From: Chiloscyllium plagiosum
Lineage: Eukaryota
Direction of reading: 5' to 3'
Assembly: GCF_004010195.1 (NCBI RefSeq)
Contig: NC_057734.1
Location: 39,533,520 to 39,597,519 of the forward strand
DNA length: 64,000 nucleotides
Part shown: positions 26,875 through 39,200 of the stretch, one piece after another
Numbering within the stretch: position 1 is the stretch's first letter
How the letters are laid out: every line of letters starts with the position of its first letter
Made by a program: the position numbers and the translations under genes
The notes under the pieces: model-generated
The model's database searches: none
Seen by the model: only the letters and a program-made list of their open reading frames with translations
Told to the model about the DNA's origin: nothing

Positions 26875-27175
26875 AGAGCTGAAAATGTGTTGCTGGAAAA
26901 GCGCAGCAGGTCAGGCAGCATCCAGGGAACAGGAGAATCGACGTTTCGGGCATAAGCCCTTCTTCAGGAATGAGGAAAGTTTGTCCTAGGCGGAAGATGA
27001 GGTGCTCTTCCTCCAACCATCGTGTTGTTGTGGTCTGGCGATGGAGGAGCCAAAGACCTGCATATCCTTGGTGGAGTGGGAGGGGGAGTTGAAGTGTTGA
27101 GCCACAGAGTGGTTTGGGTTGCTTGGTCCGGGTGTCCCAGAGGTGTTCTCTGAAACGCTCCGCAAGTAGGCGGCC
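26875..27175 (-). mobile_element. Penelope-like fragment (same family as 9296), internally deleted
   Basis: Near-identical terminus to 9296-9400; 9-bp TSD TTTCCTTTC at 26866-26874 and 27176-27184. Confidence 0.88.
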
Positions 27176-29336
27176 TTTCCTTTCGCAAAACCTTGCTGCC
27201 TTTTCTTGATTAATTTGAGTGTTTTTAAGTATTCAATGATAACCTCTTTAATGGTCAATTCTGACACCTTTTCAATAACAAACTTCAAGTTAACTAACCT
27301 ATACTTTTTTTTTTGTTTGCTAATTCTCTTGTTACTTGAATAGAGGAATTATAGAGGTATCAACTCAACTTTAAGTCATGAGGAAAGAAAACTGAATAAT
27401 CAGCAATTTTTGTGTCAAGTTCTAATTGTCAACATTTACGAGTATGGAAGTCTAACCTAAATGATTTTAGTTAGGTGTCTAACAGCTTACTTCTTTATTA
27501 GGAGCAGAGGTTCTTCAATTGTTTCATACATTTTTAAAACCTTCCTCATGCTGGATGATCATAGAATACATAATGTCTGCCTTTATGCTGGGGCTGCATA
27601 TTCTTGACTTGTTGGCATCCTCCTACACTAAGTCTGTTTGAGAGTTTCCATCATGCTCTTTGGTGGCATGAATCTGGAATCTTTGCCTGAATCAAACATA
27701 ACAACTGGCCGAGAGAGAATGCCAACTACAATACTGCATTCTCTAGGAGATTGTATGCAGCCAACATGCCTCTTCCATGGCAGCTGTGTCCCCCACTCTG
27801 AGTTCTCAACCTGGCCAAAGACTAGATAGGCAAAACTCACTTTCTTTTGAGTAATCTTTCCAACAAAGGGGAGTGAGGGGGCTTTAAAATTATCTTTCTG
27901 AAGCGGAGATCATTTCCACAACAGCATGGGTGATTTTTCAGCCTTTGCAGACAACCAGCGAGTCTATCGTATACATGAAAATGACATGGTACTATGATAG
28001 CACGTCATACACTCAATGTTGGAAATGTCCAGGATTGCACACATGGGTTTTCAGGGATGCTATTTTTCATTTATCAGTTGCTTTTATTTCTATTAGCCCA
28101 ATGAACATCTATTTCTAGTAAAAAATACATACAAATAGCCTCATAAAAAATACATTCGCTAAAGGAAAAAAAAACAACAGGCAGGATTTTCCCAAACCTG
28201 AAGTAGTTTGATAATGGTAAGAAAGTTGGGAAAATAAGAGGAGAATGAAAATAGTCAGACTCATTACGTTTAGAAATTGTTTCCAAATTTTCCTCTTCAC
28301 CTTTGAATGATAACTTCAGAATGCCCTATTATGCAGTAACTATCTTATTTCCATGGTATTTGTATCTCATTAATGATCTAGCTCATCTGATTTTTACAGC
28401 ACTTCTAATTCTCCACTCCTCCCTGAAAACTTAGATAGTGTAAATTCCCAACAAAAAAAATCATAGCAGATATAATATCTGCAGGTCACCAAATGCTGGT
28501 CCTGGCCATCACCCAATCTGTCTTCATCATAATGTCCCTGCATCTACCATAGTCACCATATTCCTTGACATTTTGCCCACAAAAGGGGCACAGCCAAACC
28601 ACCAGACTTACCACATTATCATGCCTGATCTCAGTCCAATTCAAACCCACTTCAGCCCTTCAGGTCTTTATTTTGGAGCTCAGGGACAACTATTGCTTGT
28701 ATGCCTCAGTCAGGTCACTTTGTATGTAGGTACACACACATATCTGAACAGAATGCATCTTATGGCTCTTAGCTCACTTTCTTAGCAGTCACTCACTTTG
28801 TGGTTACTTGGAGGCTTCCAGCCTATGCAGCATGCATTGCCTATATTAGCACAAAGAGTCTTCTTCAGTGCTCAGTTGCAGGCTGCCAGCCACTGCAGGT
28901 ATGCACTTTGCAGAGGGAGAGGCATGCAACTTGTCACACTGAGGAGTACTGAACAGGAGGTGTACAAGTAGCTCTGGTGCATACCCTCAATGTCAGAGCT
29001 ACAGCATGTCCCAGCAGTTTATGCAGCAAACACACTGAACATGATTTAAGCAAATAGCCATATCTGAAAGTCAAGGGGGAGTAATCCTTACTGGGGTTAA
29101 GGGAGATTATAGGTCATCAAGGGATCCAGTCACTGTTTGTTAAGGGGCTTATCCGATTCCGGTTCAAGTGGATGGCCATAGTTGATCCTGCAAATTAGTG
29201 TAACCAGTTCAGGGATTACAGTGATATTAGTGGAGACATCAGTCTGGTGATGAGACAAAGTGGACAATGATTATTGAGTATGAAAATTCATATTACACCA
29301 CATTTTCTGGATTGCCTTTATCTGAGGTACAAATTA

Positions 29337-29954
29337 TGTTGCGATAATACTATGGCTTTAAGAGGTGTATTTTGTCCCTTTTTTACATGAAGCAAGGTTG
29401 AAACAAAGGTGTCAAGTGGTCTGTTCCAAGCCAATAAAGTAAACAATTTGCGAGGTCTTGTCTTTTCTTAAGTTGGAACAATAGAACCAACATGAGGTGG
29501 GGTCATACTCCTGCAGAACCATCATTTTAATTTAACTTTCAATAGCCGTTGGGGTTTGGAAGGGGATATGCATCTCTCCCTGTTACAGCAAAATGCTTGA
29601 GTTCTCTCTCTCACTCAGAATTTTATATTGATGTTCTTTCCACCTGGACTGGAGAATTGCATTTGAGACAATCTATTTGACTGAATTTGCCTTTGCCAAG
29701 AGTGTGTTTATGGTATGCTACTGTATTGGAACAGTTGCTGCTTAGTAATTAAATTGTCTACTAGAGTTAAACTATTCCAATTCTTCTTTCTTTTGTTTGT
29801 GTTTTAACTATAATTGTGAGAATAAAGTGTGCTTTGCTTCAATCAAATTACAACCAAACACAACGCCTTACACTTGCCTTTAAAAATAAGAAAATGTTGG
29901 CGTCTACACTACCTTCTTAGTATATTTTGAGGTGGTTTGATTTGGCACAAAACA
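29337..29954 (+). mobile_element. Probable solo LTR
   Basis: TGTT...AACA termini, GCTTTAAGAG near the 5' end, AATAAA at 29821; TSD not exact. Confidence 0.5.
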
Positions 29955-30384
29955 ATATCTTCAAAGTAAAAACTCCATGTTTGTCAAACATAATTTCCCT
30001 TTCATACATCTGTGTTAATTCTGTCTAATTTTAATATTACTTTCTAAGTGTCTAGTTAGCATATCCTTCATAACATTCCTGCTACTAATGTCAAATTAAC
30101 AGGTCTGTAGTTCTCTATTCTTCCTATTCCATCTTTCTTAAATAGTGTAGTTACATTTATATTTTCCAGAATAGAGGAACAATTCCAGAAAATATAGATT
30201 TTTTAAAAAGATAACTACCAATACATTAATTATCTCTATAGCCACCTATTTTAACAGTCTAAAATATAATTTGTCTGGTCCAGCGGGGTTACAGAATCAA
30301 AGAATTAGTATGGTGCAGCAGTGAGTATTTCATTTAGTGCCATTTCCTGGTTTTCTCCCTCTAAACTTGTACATTAGCTCCCAG

Positions 30385-31920
30385 GCAGGAAACAGTGAGC
30401 AGGGATAGGGTGTTCTTTCTCAGGTTGGCAGTATGTGACAAGTGGGGTTACAAAAGGATCAGTGCTGAGACCACAACTGTTTACATTATATATTAATGAC
30501 TTGGAGGAAGCAAGTGAATATACAGTAGCCAAATGTTCAGATAACATAAAAATAGTAGAAAGGCAGGATGTGAGAGGGACAGAAACAGAATACAGAGAAA
30601 GGAAAGAAGGGTTCAGAAAAGATTTACAAGGATGTTGCCAGGGTTGGAGGATTTGAACTATAGGGAGAGGCTGAACAGGCTGGGGCTGTTTCCCCTGAAG
30701 CGTCAGAGGCTGAGGGGTGACCTTATAGAGGTTTACAAAATTATGAGGGAGATGGATAGGATAAATAGACAAAGTCTTTTCCCTGGGGTTGGGGAGTCCA
30801 GAACGAGAGGGCATAGGTTTAGGGTGAGAGGGGTAAGATAGAAAAAAGACCTAAGGGACAACCTTTTCAAAAAGAGGATGGTACGTGTATGGAATGAGCT
30901 GCCAGAGGAAGTGGTGGAGGCTGGTACAATTGCAACATTTAAAAGGCATCTGGATGGATATATGAATAGGAAGGGTTTGAAAGGATATGGGCTGGGTGCT
31001 GGCAGGTGGGACTAGATTGGGTTGGGATATCTGGTCGGCATGGATGGGTTGGACCGAAGGATCTGTTTCAAAGCTGTATATCTCTATGACTCTATAAGTG
31101 AGCAAAAAGTTGGTAAATCGAGTACAATATGGGAAAATGTGAAGTTGTTCATTCTGGAACAGAGAACAAAAGAACAAACTATTACTTAAATGTAGAAAAT
31201 TCCAAGAAGTTTTAACACAACTGGAGTTTGGAAATACTTGAACATAAAACACAGAAAGCTCACATACAGGTGCAGCAAGACATCTGGAGGGTTAATGCAA
31301 TGTTGACTCTTATACTCCAACCATCTTGAAATAAGAGCAGGGAAGTCTAACTGCAACTGTACAAGGTGCTGGTAAGATCACATTTATAGCATTCTGAGCA
31401 GTGTTGGATGTATATTTAGGGGGAGATATTTTATTGAAGGTAGTTCAAAGAAGGTTCACTCAGATGTTCTCTGGTATGGAGGGATTGTCCTATTAGCAAG
31501 GGCTAAACAAGTTGATACTGTACTAGTGGAATGAGAGATGATCTCATTGAAAAGCATACAGGATTCGTAAGGGGCTTGGCAGGGTAAATTCTAAGAGGTT
31601 GTTTCCCCTCATAGGACAGTCAAGGTACAGAGGAACAGTGTCAGAATAAAGGGGTACTAATTTAAGATTGAGATGAGGAGACATTTTTTTCCCCCTCAGA
31701 GGGCTGAGAATCTTTGGAAGTCCTTGCCATGGAGAACATTGGCTTGTACCTTGTATAGATTTAAAGCTGTGATTGATAGATCCTTGATCGGTAGGAGAAT
31801 CAAGGGTTATGGGGAAAGGACAGATTTAAGGAATAGTGTATTATCCATGATCTTGTTGAATGGCAGAGCAGATGTGAAGGGGGTGAACAGCCTACTCCTG
31901 TTCCTATTTCTTATGATCTT
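30385..31920 (+). mobile_element. Old CR1 with a young CR1 3' end (about 30605-31093) nested inside
   Basis: SGVTKGSVLRPQLFTLYINDL segment, then the young CR1 tail, then continuation of the old RT C-terminus. Confidence 0.85.
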
Positions 31921-33544
31921 ATTAGGCATTTTAAATTATTCTTCTAATATCCTTCTAATGCTCAAATCAACCTACCTCCACTACAGTCTCAAGCAGAGCA
32001 TTCCAGACTCTAATCCCCTGCTACATTAAAAAAAAGATTTTCTTTACATCAATTTGCTTTCTTACAAATTATTTTAAATCTGTGCTCATTCATTCTCAAT
32101 ATTTACATCAGTGGGAACACTTCTCCTGAGATACTTTGTCCAGACCTTTCATAATTTTGAGTACAAGGACACCCAGCTCCTTTTGAACATCAACTCTTCC
32201 CAGCCTCTTACAATTTAAGAAATATTGTGTCTTTCCATTTTTTTTCTACCAACAAATAACTTCGCATGTATTCACATATATTTCACTTGTCATGTTGTTG
32301 CAAATTCACTTCGTATATCCCAGACCACACCTTACATCTTCCTCACAACTTACTATCCTAACTAATTTTGGTTCATCAGCAAAGTATTACAATTGGTATC
32401 AGATCTTCTCCAAATTCTTTTCTTTGCCAAGGTAAACAGCTTCAACATCTCCAATCTATCTTCATAACTGAAATTCCAAATCCTTGGAACCATTCTTGCT
32501 AACCTTTCCGACACTTTCACCAATGCCCTCACATCCTTCCTAAAGGTAACGCCCAGAAATGGACACAACATTAGACACTCAGCTCTATTTTCCCTGACTG
32601 AACTGACAAAGAAGTTTTCTCAGGCACTCCAGAGGAAAGTCAAGAGTCAACCAGGTTTGATATGTCACCTTAGTCCTGACTAGGTAAGGTGGTGGTGATG
32701 GTGGTGGTAGGTATTGATGAAACGGTTAAGATTTTATAATAATTTGCAAGTTTCATGATTTGGTGAATTTTTTTTAGAAAATTGAATTCAATTCCTCCAG
32801 CTACCATAGTGGCACATGCACTGCACCTATTATTGTCTCTGTATTCTCACATATAAAATAAAGTGTTGTATAAACAAGTGAATGATTTCAATAATGTAAA
32901 TACTTCAGTGGTGATGATATTGCATAAGCGTGGAGACTGAATTCATAATTGTAAACTAGTGGAAAATAATTCTTGATCATCTTTTTCTTATAAAAAGATG
33001 ATAAAATGCCTGGAAGAATCATCTTGATCGACAATTGAGATACAGGCTTTAAGCACGTTCAAAACAAAGATGGATACCTGGTTGATGATTTGCAGCACTA
33101 AAAGGAAGAGGTTCACAGCTGACTGCCCATTTTTCACCCTTGACTTGCGAACTTGCATCATTCCTGGCTGTGAATCATGAGACTATTATTCTGCAACCAT
33201 GGTGTCACAATTGGATTTTCACTTGTGCTTTATGTAACCATCTACACCTCAGAGTATTTGTTAAGTGATATTGTCTGAGCCATATATTATTAACATTCTG
33301 GTGGAGATTAAGAAAATGTTAATCTGGAGAGTGGAGCAGGAGTGTAATCTCACTCAATTTCATGATGCATTCTACCTCAATAGACTTCTATCAAGACAGG
33401 CTTGTGATAATTTTCTCTTTTCATCACAAAGCAAAACTCTTTTTGCCCATCTTAATGGTTATGCACCCACCCACCTATCCAACATCCCCATCCCCAACTG
33501 TCCACGGTACTGTTAGTAAATCAGAGAAGAACAAGCTGACTCAC

Positions 33545-34142
33545 TTTGTTGGATAGACTTCACTCCTCTCAACATAGTTGCAGCAAAAATGTAGAGGCAT
33601 CCTTTGTGATCAAACTGCACCTCACCCATGAGACTGAATGATGCTCCCAGGCAGATGGGCATCATGGCAGTGTACTTGAGGATGTGATGGTCCTTACCCA
33701 GAAAGAGCTTTGATATGGCTATAGTAAATAGAGGAGTAGTGGTGGAGATCACTTGTGCAAAGGAGAGCTGCACGCAATTCAGTCCCATGTTGCCAAAGCC
33801 GATGGTGGCACAGAAGGTCAAGCTGAGCAGGAACACTTTGAATTTAGCAGCAGCAGGTAACCCGGTGACTTCTTTAATCTCCAGGTTGACGAATCCCATC
33901 CGGATCAAAGCGTAGTCGATAACAATGGCTGTCAGCATGTGAAGCGCCGACAGCAGGAGGGGGTACCGGAAATTGTAGACGGCGAAGATGCATTTGTTGA
34001 GGCTGGTTATGGTGGTGCCGGTGGCGAGAAGGACAGCCACTGCCGCCAGAGTGTGCAGCATCCGCCGCTTCTTGTGGGCCGGCCCGGCGGCTGGCTCGCA
34101 TATTGGCGGAGCAAACTCCGGGAACACATCAGTAGTTGTCAT
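33545..34142 (-). CDS. SLC35E4: SLC35E4 (triose-phosphate/nucleotide-sugar transporter family) coding exon 1
   Basis: ORF MTTTDVFPEF...LNKCIFAVYNFRYPLLLSALHML...LSLTFCATIGFGNMGLNCVQLSFAQ...TTTPLFT...RGVKSIQQ, a hydrophobic TPT-family signature; phase-1 donor A|GTGAGT at 33544-33539. Confidence 0.93.
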
Positions 34143-34720
34143 GGTAACTCCATCGCCGGCTGAAAAAAGATAGTCTTTGGGTTCCCCTTCTCCTCTCTGT
34201 GTCCTCTAACGCCCCTCGGCTGTGAAATTCCAGGCAGATCCTCGCAGCTCTCCCGCAATGACAAGTGTTCAATATTTCGACAGTCACCGCCCATTGAACA
34301 TAACGTGTGTGTTAACCTTTCGATTAATCTTTCCTTCTCCCTATAGGATGCTACCTTGGATCCCGCCTGGAGCAGCTGAAGTGAAGTGTAAAATAAGTAT
34401 GCAGTAACGCGGTTCCTGAACTCACCACGCCTCGCTGTTGTCAGATGCTGTCTGATGAATCAGCCTCTGCCTTGTAACGTCTTACTAATGTCTTCCTACT
34501 TCGCTCACTTCGGCCTCCAGCAAACTGCTCGCAGCCTCGGCTGCTCCAATGAATCAAGCGCAGAAATCCGCAGGATCACACACTAGACGTCAGATTTCCA
34601 AATTTAGACTTTGATGAGGCGGTTCCAGCTTCTGGGCAGCTTCCAATGTACGAAACAAAAACCCAAATCGGGTGCAGAAGGGTTTTTATTTTCCTTTTCA
34701 TGAATTGTGCAGAATTACAA
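33880..34720. promoter_or_regulatory. CpG-rich island over the SLC35E4 5' end/promoter
   Basis: Visibly elevated CpG/GC relative to the flanks; CCAAT near 34546. Confidence 0.55.
34426..34530 (-). other. SLC35E4: Probable non-coding first exon of SLC35E4 (5' boundary approximate)
   Basis: Donor GTG|GTGAGT at 34425-34420 and acceptor TCTTTTTTCAG| at 34160, just before the start codon, define a 266-bp 5'UTR intron in CpG-rich sequence. Confidence 0.55.
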
Positions 34721-36379
34721 CACACACATGTTGTTTTTGTTTGATGACGACGACCATCAGGCATTTAAATATATGACGGTGGGGTCCTGCAGTAATTCAC
34801 ACGCATTGCAAAGTGCTAGGTTTTTACTTACACTGAAGCCGTATACATTTCACATGATATTTATAACACCATTTATATCCTTTTTACAAACGTTGCAACA
34901 CTTAATGTCGCCTATAAACAAAATCCATCAGAATTTTTAAAATGTTCATTAATTCTTGTGCAAAATTGAAAATTCTGAGGAAGGGTCATTGGACTCGAAC
35001 AACGTTAATTTGATTTGTCTTCACATATCTGCTGAACTTTTCCAGCAACTTTTGTTTTTGTTCGTGAAAATTCTCGATGATTTCCTTATATTTAAAAAAT
35101 CCGCATAAAACACATTAAATCGAACCTTTACTTTCTTGAAATAAAATTCACATGGTTAAGGTCACAATTTGCAGGTATTGAATTGTACGTGGAAATTTGC
35201 AGAGGACACAAATTTAGGTAGACACAGTTAATTATTCAGCTGGAGACAGAAAGTTGTAGAACGACATAAAGACCAAGCGAGTAGGTAAGTCTGAGGCAGA
35301 TGTTCAATTTGGGAAGATGCGATTTTTTGAATCAGAGAACGATATACCAGAAGACTTGTAAAAGATGAAAGACGAGGACTCGTGCAGAATAGAAATTTAA
35401 AGATATCGAACATTTTATACACCACAATTAGATGGGCTCTCAAGCTTTCCACGTGAATGGAACATAAATCAAGTTAATGCAGGCTGGGCAAATAAATTAA
35501 CCCTTTAAGCATATGGATAATTCTAGTGAATCTACACTGCACTACACCAAGTCCAAAATATTTGTTAAGAAATCTGCTTGACTCAACGAAATTTTTGATG
35601 TAGCTACCATTCCAGAATCCCACACACAACATTAATTTCAATATTGGAATTGAAAACACAAACACATCTGCTATGATCTCACTGAGTAGCCTTACTTCCT
35701 CAACTAATTTGTCTGTTTGAATGAATTCTGATCATATCCCCCCCCCCCCCGGGCAGGTAATGTTTCATACTTTATGTCCATACTTTATTTCTTGTCTCAT
35801 TATTATTCCTCCTTTGCCTTACACCATCATCCCCTTCGTCATTTCATCGATCCTGCCTTTGACTATTCCACATTCTCTGCACTTTCCCTGTCTCCGTTTT
35901 TGCTCGAAACCTGTAGCATCTTTAATCTCTTTCGTGTAAAATGTTGACGGTTTCTCGCTCAGCGGTTGTTGCCCGAGCTACCAAGCATTTCCAGCACATT
36001 CTGCTTTTATGTTTTTTCATGTATGAAGGCTCCACAGCCCATATAACGTCTTCTGGTTCTCCACATGTATTTATTTTAAGGCGTATCAGAGTAATTATTT
36101 AAGATTTAGTATGTTTGTATAATATTTAAATACATTTTATGAGCGATTCTACATTATTCATAGAGTTAAAGTCTCACCTTCAGTAGACCCACGACAGTAT
36201 GAGGAAGGGTTCTTGCAGAAGGATATGTGCCCACTCCTGATGCTGCACCAAGTACAGTATCCAACCGCTTCCCTGGATGCTGTTGCCAAGGCCAGATTCC
36301 GTTGGCATGGGAAGGTTGACGCATACCATCATGTGACATGGTGTTCACGACACCCAACCGCGATTGTCGAAAGGCTTCA

Positions 36380-36525
36380 TGGACGTTGTAGTCTCCCCTC
36401 GTGACGTCATGTCATTCACGTCCACGCCTTTTGACTACATCACCCATGGGGCCGCGCGGCACACAGCGCCTGCGTCCCGAGGACAACCGCGAACATTGCG
36501 AGGGGAGATTGAAGATGGCGGCCGC
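36380..36525 (+). promoter_or_regulatory. CUSTOS proximal promoter: CRE, ACTACA-type (ZNF143/THAP11-like) motifs, YY1
   Basis: Perfect TGACGTCA at 36402-36409; GACTACA motifs in opposite orientations near 36387 and 36433; AAGATGGCGGC (YY1 consensus) over the ATG; CpG-rich. Confidence 0.65.
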
Positions 36526-36644
36526 CAGTGTGGAGTCTGATTCAGATTCTGACAGTGTGGAGGAGTTGACGCGCCTCAAAGAGGCTACATGGAATGTCGG
36601 CAACACCAGTTCCCACAAAAAAATAGGCAGTGGGCGCTTTGTTT
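36515..36644 (+). CDS. C12orf43: CUSTOS (C12orf43) exon 1; 3' boundary uncertain (36626, 36629 or 36644)
   Basis: AAGATGGCG start; MAAASVESDSDSDSVEELTRLKEA resembles the human Custos N-terminus (SDSESS...EELERCREAA); three candidate donors, all phase 1. Confidence 0.8.
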
Positions 36645-37479
36645 GTAAGATTTACCAAGTTTCATTCTTTGCTGAAACCAAAACAAATTTCTGGAGAGAC
36701 TCTGGTGTTGTGGCAGCATCTGTGGAGACAAAAATTAGTTTTTAACTGAATCTTTAACTCAAAATTCTCACCACAGATGCTGCCAGTTTCTCAAGCAAGT
36801 TCTGGTTTTGTTTCAGATGTTTAGCATCTCAGTTCTTTGTTTTACCCGTCTATTGGTTCTAGTTTCAATCTGTTTTATGCATTGCACTGGGAGAAGTCAA
36901 CTCAATTCCACTCTTGGAAATGAAAAAAAATGCTCAGCAGTTTTGACAGTATCCAAGAAGATAAGAACAGAGTTAACATTTCACGTTAATTATGTTCTTC
37001 TGCATCATAGAAATTTTATTTCTGCAAAGGATTATGTTAGTGACAAATGGCCTAAGGAAGGCAATCCAATTCAGGACCACTGCAAAAACAAACTTATTAG
37101 TTTTAAGCTAGTAGAGAGCTAACGGGGAGGAGAGCAAAGTTGAAAGGTGAGGGGGAAGGAGGAATTAAATGATAATGCAATGTGCAAAGCAAAAGGAGAT
37201 GATGGGACACAAGTAAAAGAACAAATGACTTATCTGCACTGTGTCATTGTTATTTGCAACAGTTGCAGTCTGAGAAAATAAAATTGCTAGTTATTATTTG
37301 AAATTGGGTGAAGTCAATGTTGGACCTGGAAGGCTATAAAGAGCTTAATCAAAAAAAGAAAAGATGTTCTGTTCACAATTGCAGAATTGTTACAAAACAG
37401 TCAAAGGCCATTTAGCACATAATGTCAAGCACCAGCAGTCTGAACAAGTATTTCCTTAGGTGACATTCTCCTGCATTCA

Positions 37480-37573
37480 GAGCTGAAAATGTGTTGCTGG
37501 AAAAGCGCAGCAGGTCAGGCAGCATCCAAGGAACAGGAGAAACGACGTTTCGGGCATAAGCCCTTCTTCAGGA
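37480..37573 (-). mobile_element. 94-bp Penelope terminus insertion carrying a hammerhead motif
   Basis: 15-bp perfect TSD ATTCTCCTGCATTCA at 37465-37479 and 37574-37588. Confidence 0.9.
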
Positions 37574-37649
37574 ATTCTCCTGCATTCACCCTGTAACTCT
37601 GCATGTCCTTTTTTGGGCAAAAAAAATGTCTAACTCCCTTTGCTGAGAT

Positions 37650-38065
37650 TGGAAAGGTTGAGCTATAGGGAGAGGCTGAATACATTGGGTCTTCTTTTTT
37701 TCCTGGAGTATTAGAGGCTAAGGGGTGACCTTATAGAGGTTAATGAAATCATGATGAGCATGAATACTGTGAATAGCCAAGGTCTTTTTCCCAGGGCAGG
37801 TGAGGGGAAAGATTTAAAAAGCCTGAGGGGCAACTTTTTCATGCAGAGGGTGGAGCGAGTTAGGGACAAGCTGCCAGTGGTGGTGGAGGCAGGTGCAATT
37901 GCAACATTTAAAAGGCACTTGAATGTGTACATGAACAGCAAGGGTTTAGATGGATATGCGCCAAATGCTGGCAAATGTGAATAGATCAGTTTAGAATATC
38001 TGGTCGGCATGAATGAGTTGGACTGAAGCATCTGTTTCCATGCTGTACAAATCTGACTTTGACTG
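37650..38065 (+). mobile_element. CR1 3' fragment
   Basis: CR1 C-terminal and 3' UTR similarity. Confidence 0.85.
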
Positions 38066-38516
38066 CTTTGAACTTGCCTCCACAACACACTTAGGCATTT
38101 CAGACCTTAACCACTTGTTTCACAAAAGAGTTTTTCTTATTGCTTTTGTTTCTTTTGCCAATTGCTTTAAACCTGTGATCTCTTGCTGTCAATCTTTTCG
38201 CAAGTGGGTATCGTTTCTCTTTATGATATTTGCTCCATCCACATTCCTTATAATTTTGAATACCTCTTTCAGATCTCTTAGCTTTCCCTTTCCCAAGAAA
38301 TACTGTAATAACATCACCAATCTGGCAGAATAAATGAAGTCCACTGTGTTAAGTCTGAGTCTAAGTGAAGTACAGTTGAAGGTAGGTGGTCACATGAGCA
38401 CATCTCCAGGAATGCGTGAAACCAAACTTGACAACCCTGTTAACAGCAGTTATGTATCATTGACTTTTGTTTCAATGAAATTCCTCTCTCATTTTCTTTA
38501 AAGAAACAAACCAAGG

Positions 38517-39200
38517 GGTCATGTTGCAGCTGTACAGGACATTGGTTCGGCCACTGTTGGAATATTGCGTGCAATTCTGGTCTCCTTCCTATCGGAAAGA
38601 TGTTGTGAAACTTGAAAGGGTTCAGAAAAGATTTATAAGGATGTTGCCAGGGTTGGAGGATTTGAGCTGGCTGAGGGGTGGCCTTAGAGAGGTTTACAAA
38701 ATTATGAGGGGCATGGATAGGGTAAATAGACAAAGTCTTTTCCCTGGGGTCAGGGGGTCCAGAGCTAGAGGGTATAGGTTTAGGGTGAGAATGGAAAGAT
38801 ATAAAAGAGACCTAAGGGGCAACGTTTTCACACAGAGGGTGGTACGAGTATGGAGTGAGTTGCCAGAGGAAGTGGTGGAGGCTGGTACAATTGCAACATT
38901 TAAGAGGCATTTGGATGGGTATATGAATAGGAAAGGTTTGGAGGGAATATAAAAGAGACCTAATGGGAAACCTTTTCACACAGAGGGTGGTACGAGTATG
39001 GAGTGAGTTGCCAGAGGAAGTGGTGGAGGCTGGTACAATTGCAACATTTAAGAGGCATTTGGATGGATACATGAATAGGAAGGGTTTGGAGGGATGTGGG
39101 CCGGGTGCTGGCAGGTGGGACTAGATTGGGTTGGGATATCTGGTCGGCATGGACAGGTTGGACCAAAGGATCTGTTTCCATGCTGTACATCTCTGACTCT
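38517..39200 (+). mobile_element. CR1 3' fragment with internal 148-bp tandem duplication
   Basis: ORF 38521-38952; ATATAAAAGAGACC restarts at 38799 and 38947. Confidence 0.92.

Noticed and set aside
33513-33544. C-terminal tail (ESACSSLIY) of the 209-aa ORF
   Set aside because: Read-through into the intron past the GTGAGT donor
36401-36514. N-terminal extension of the ORF-track 114-aa ORF
   Set aside because: It starts at a GTG inside promoter motifs; Custos similarity begins at the ATG at 36515
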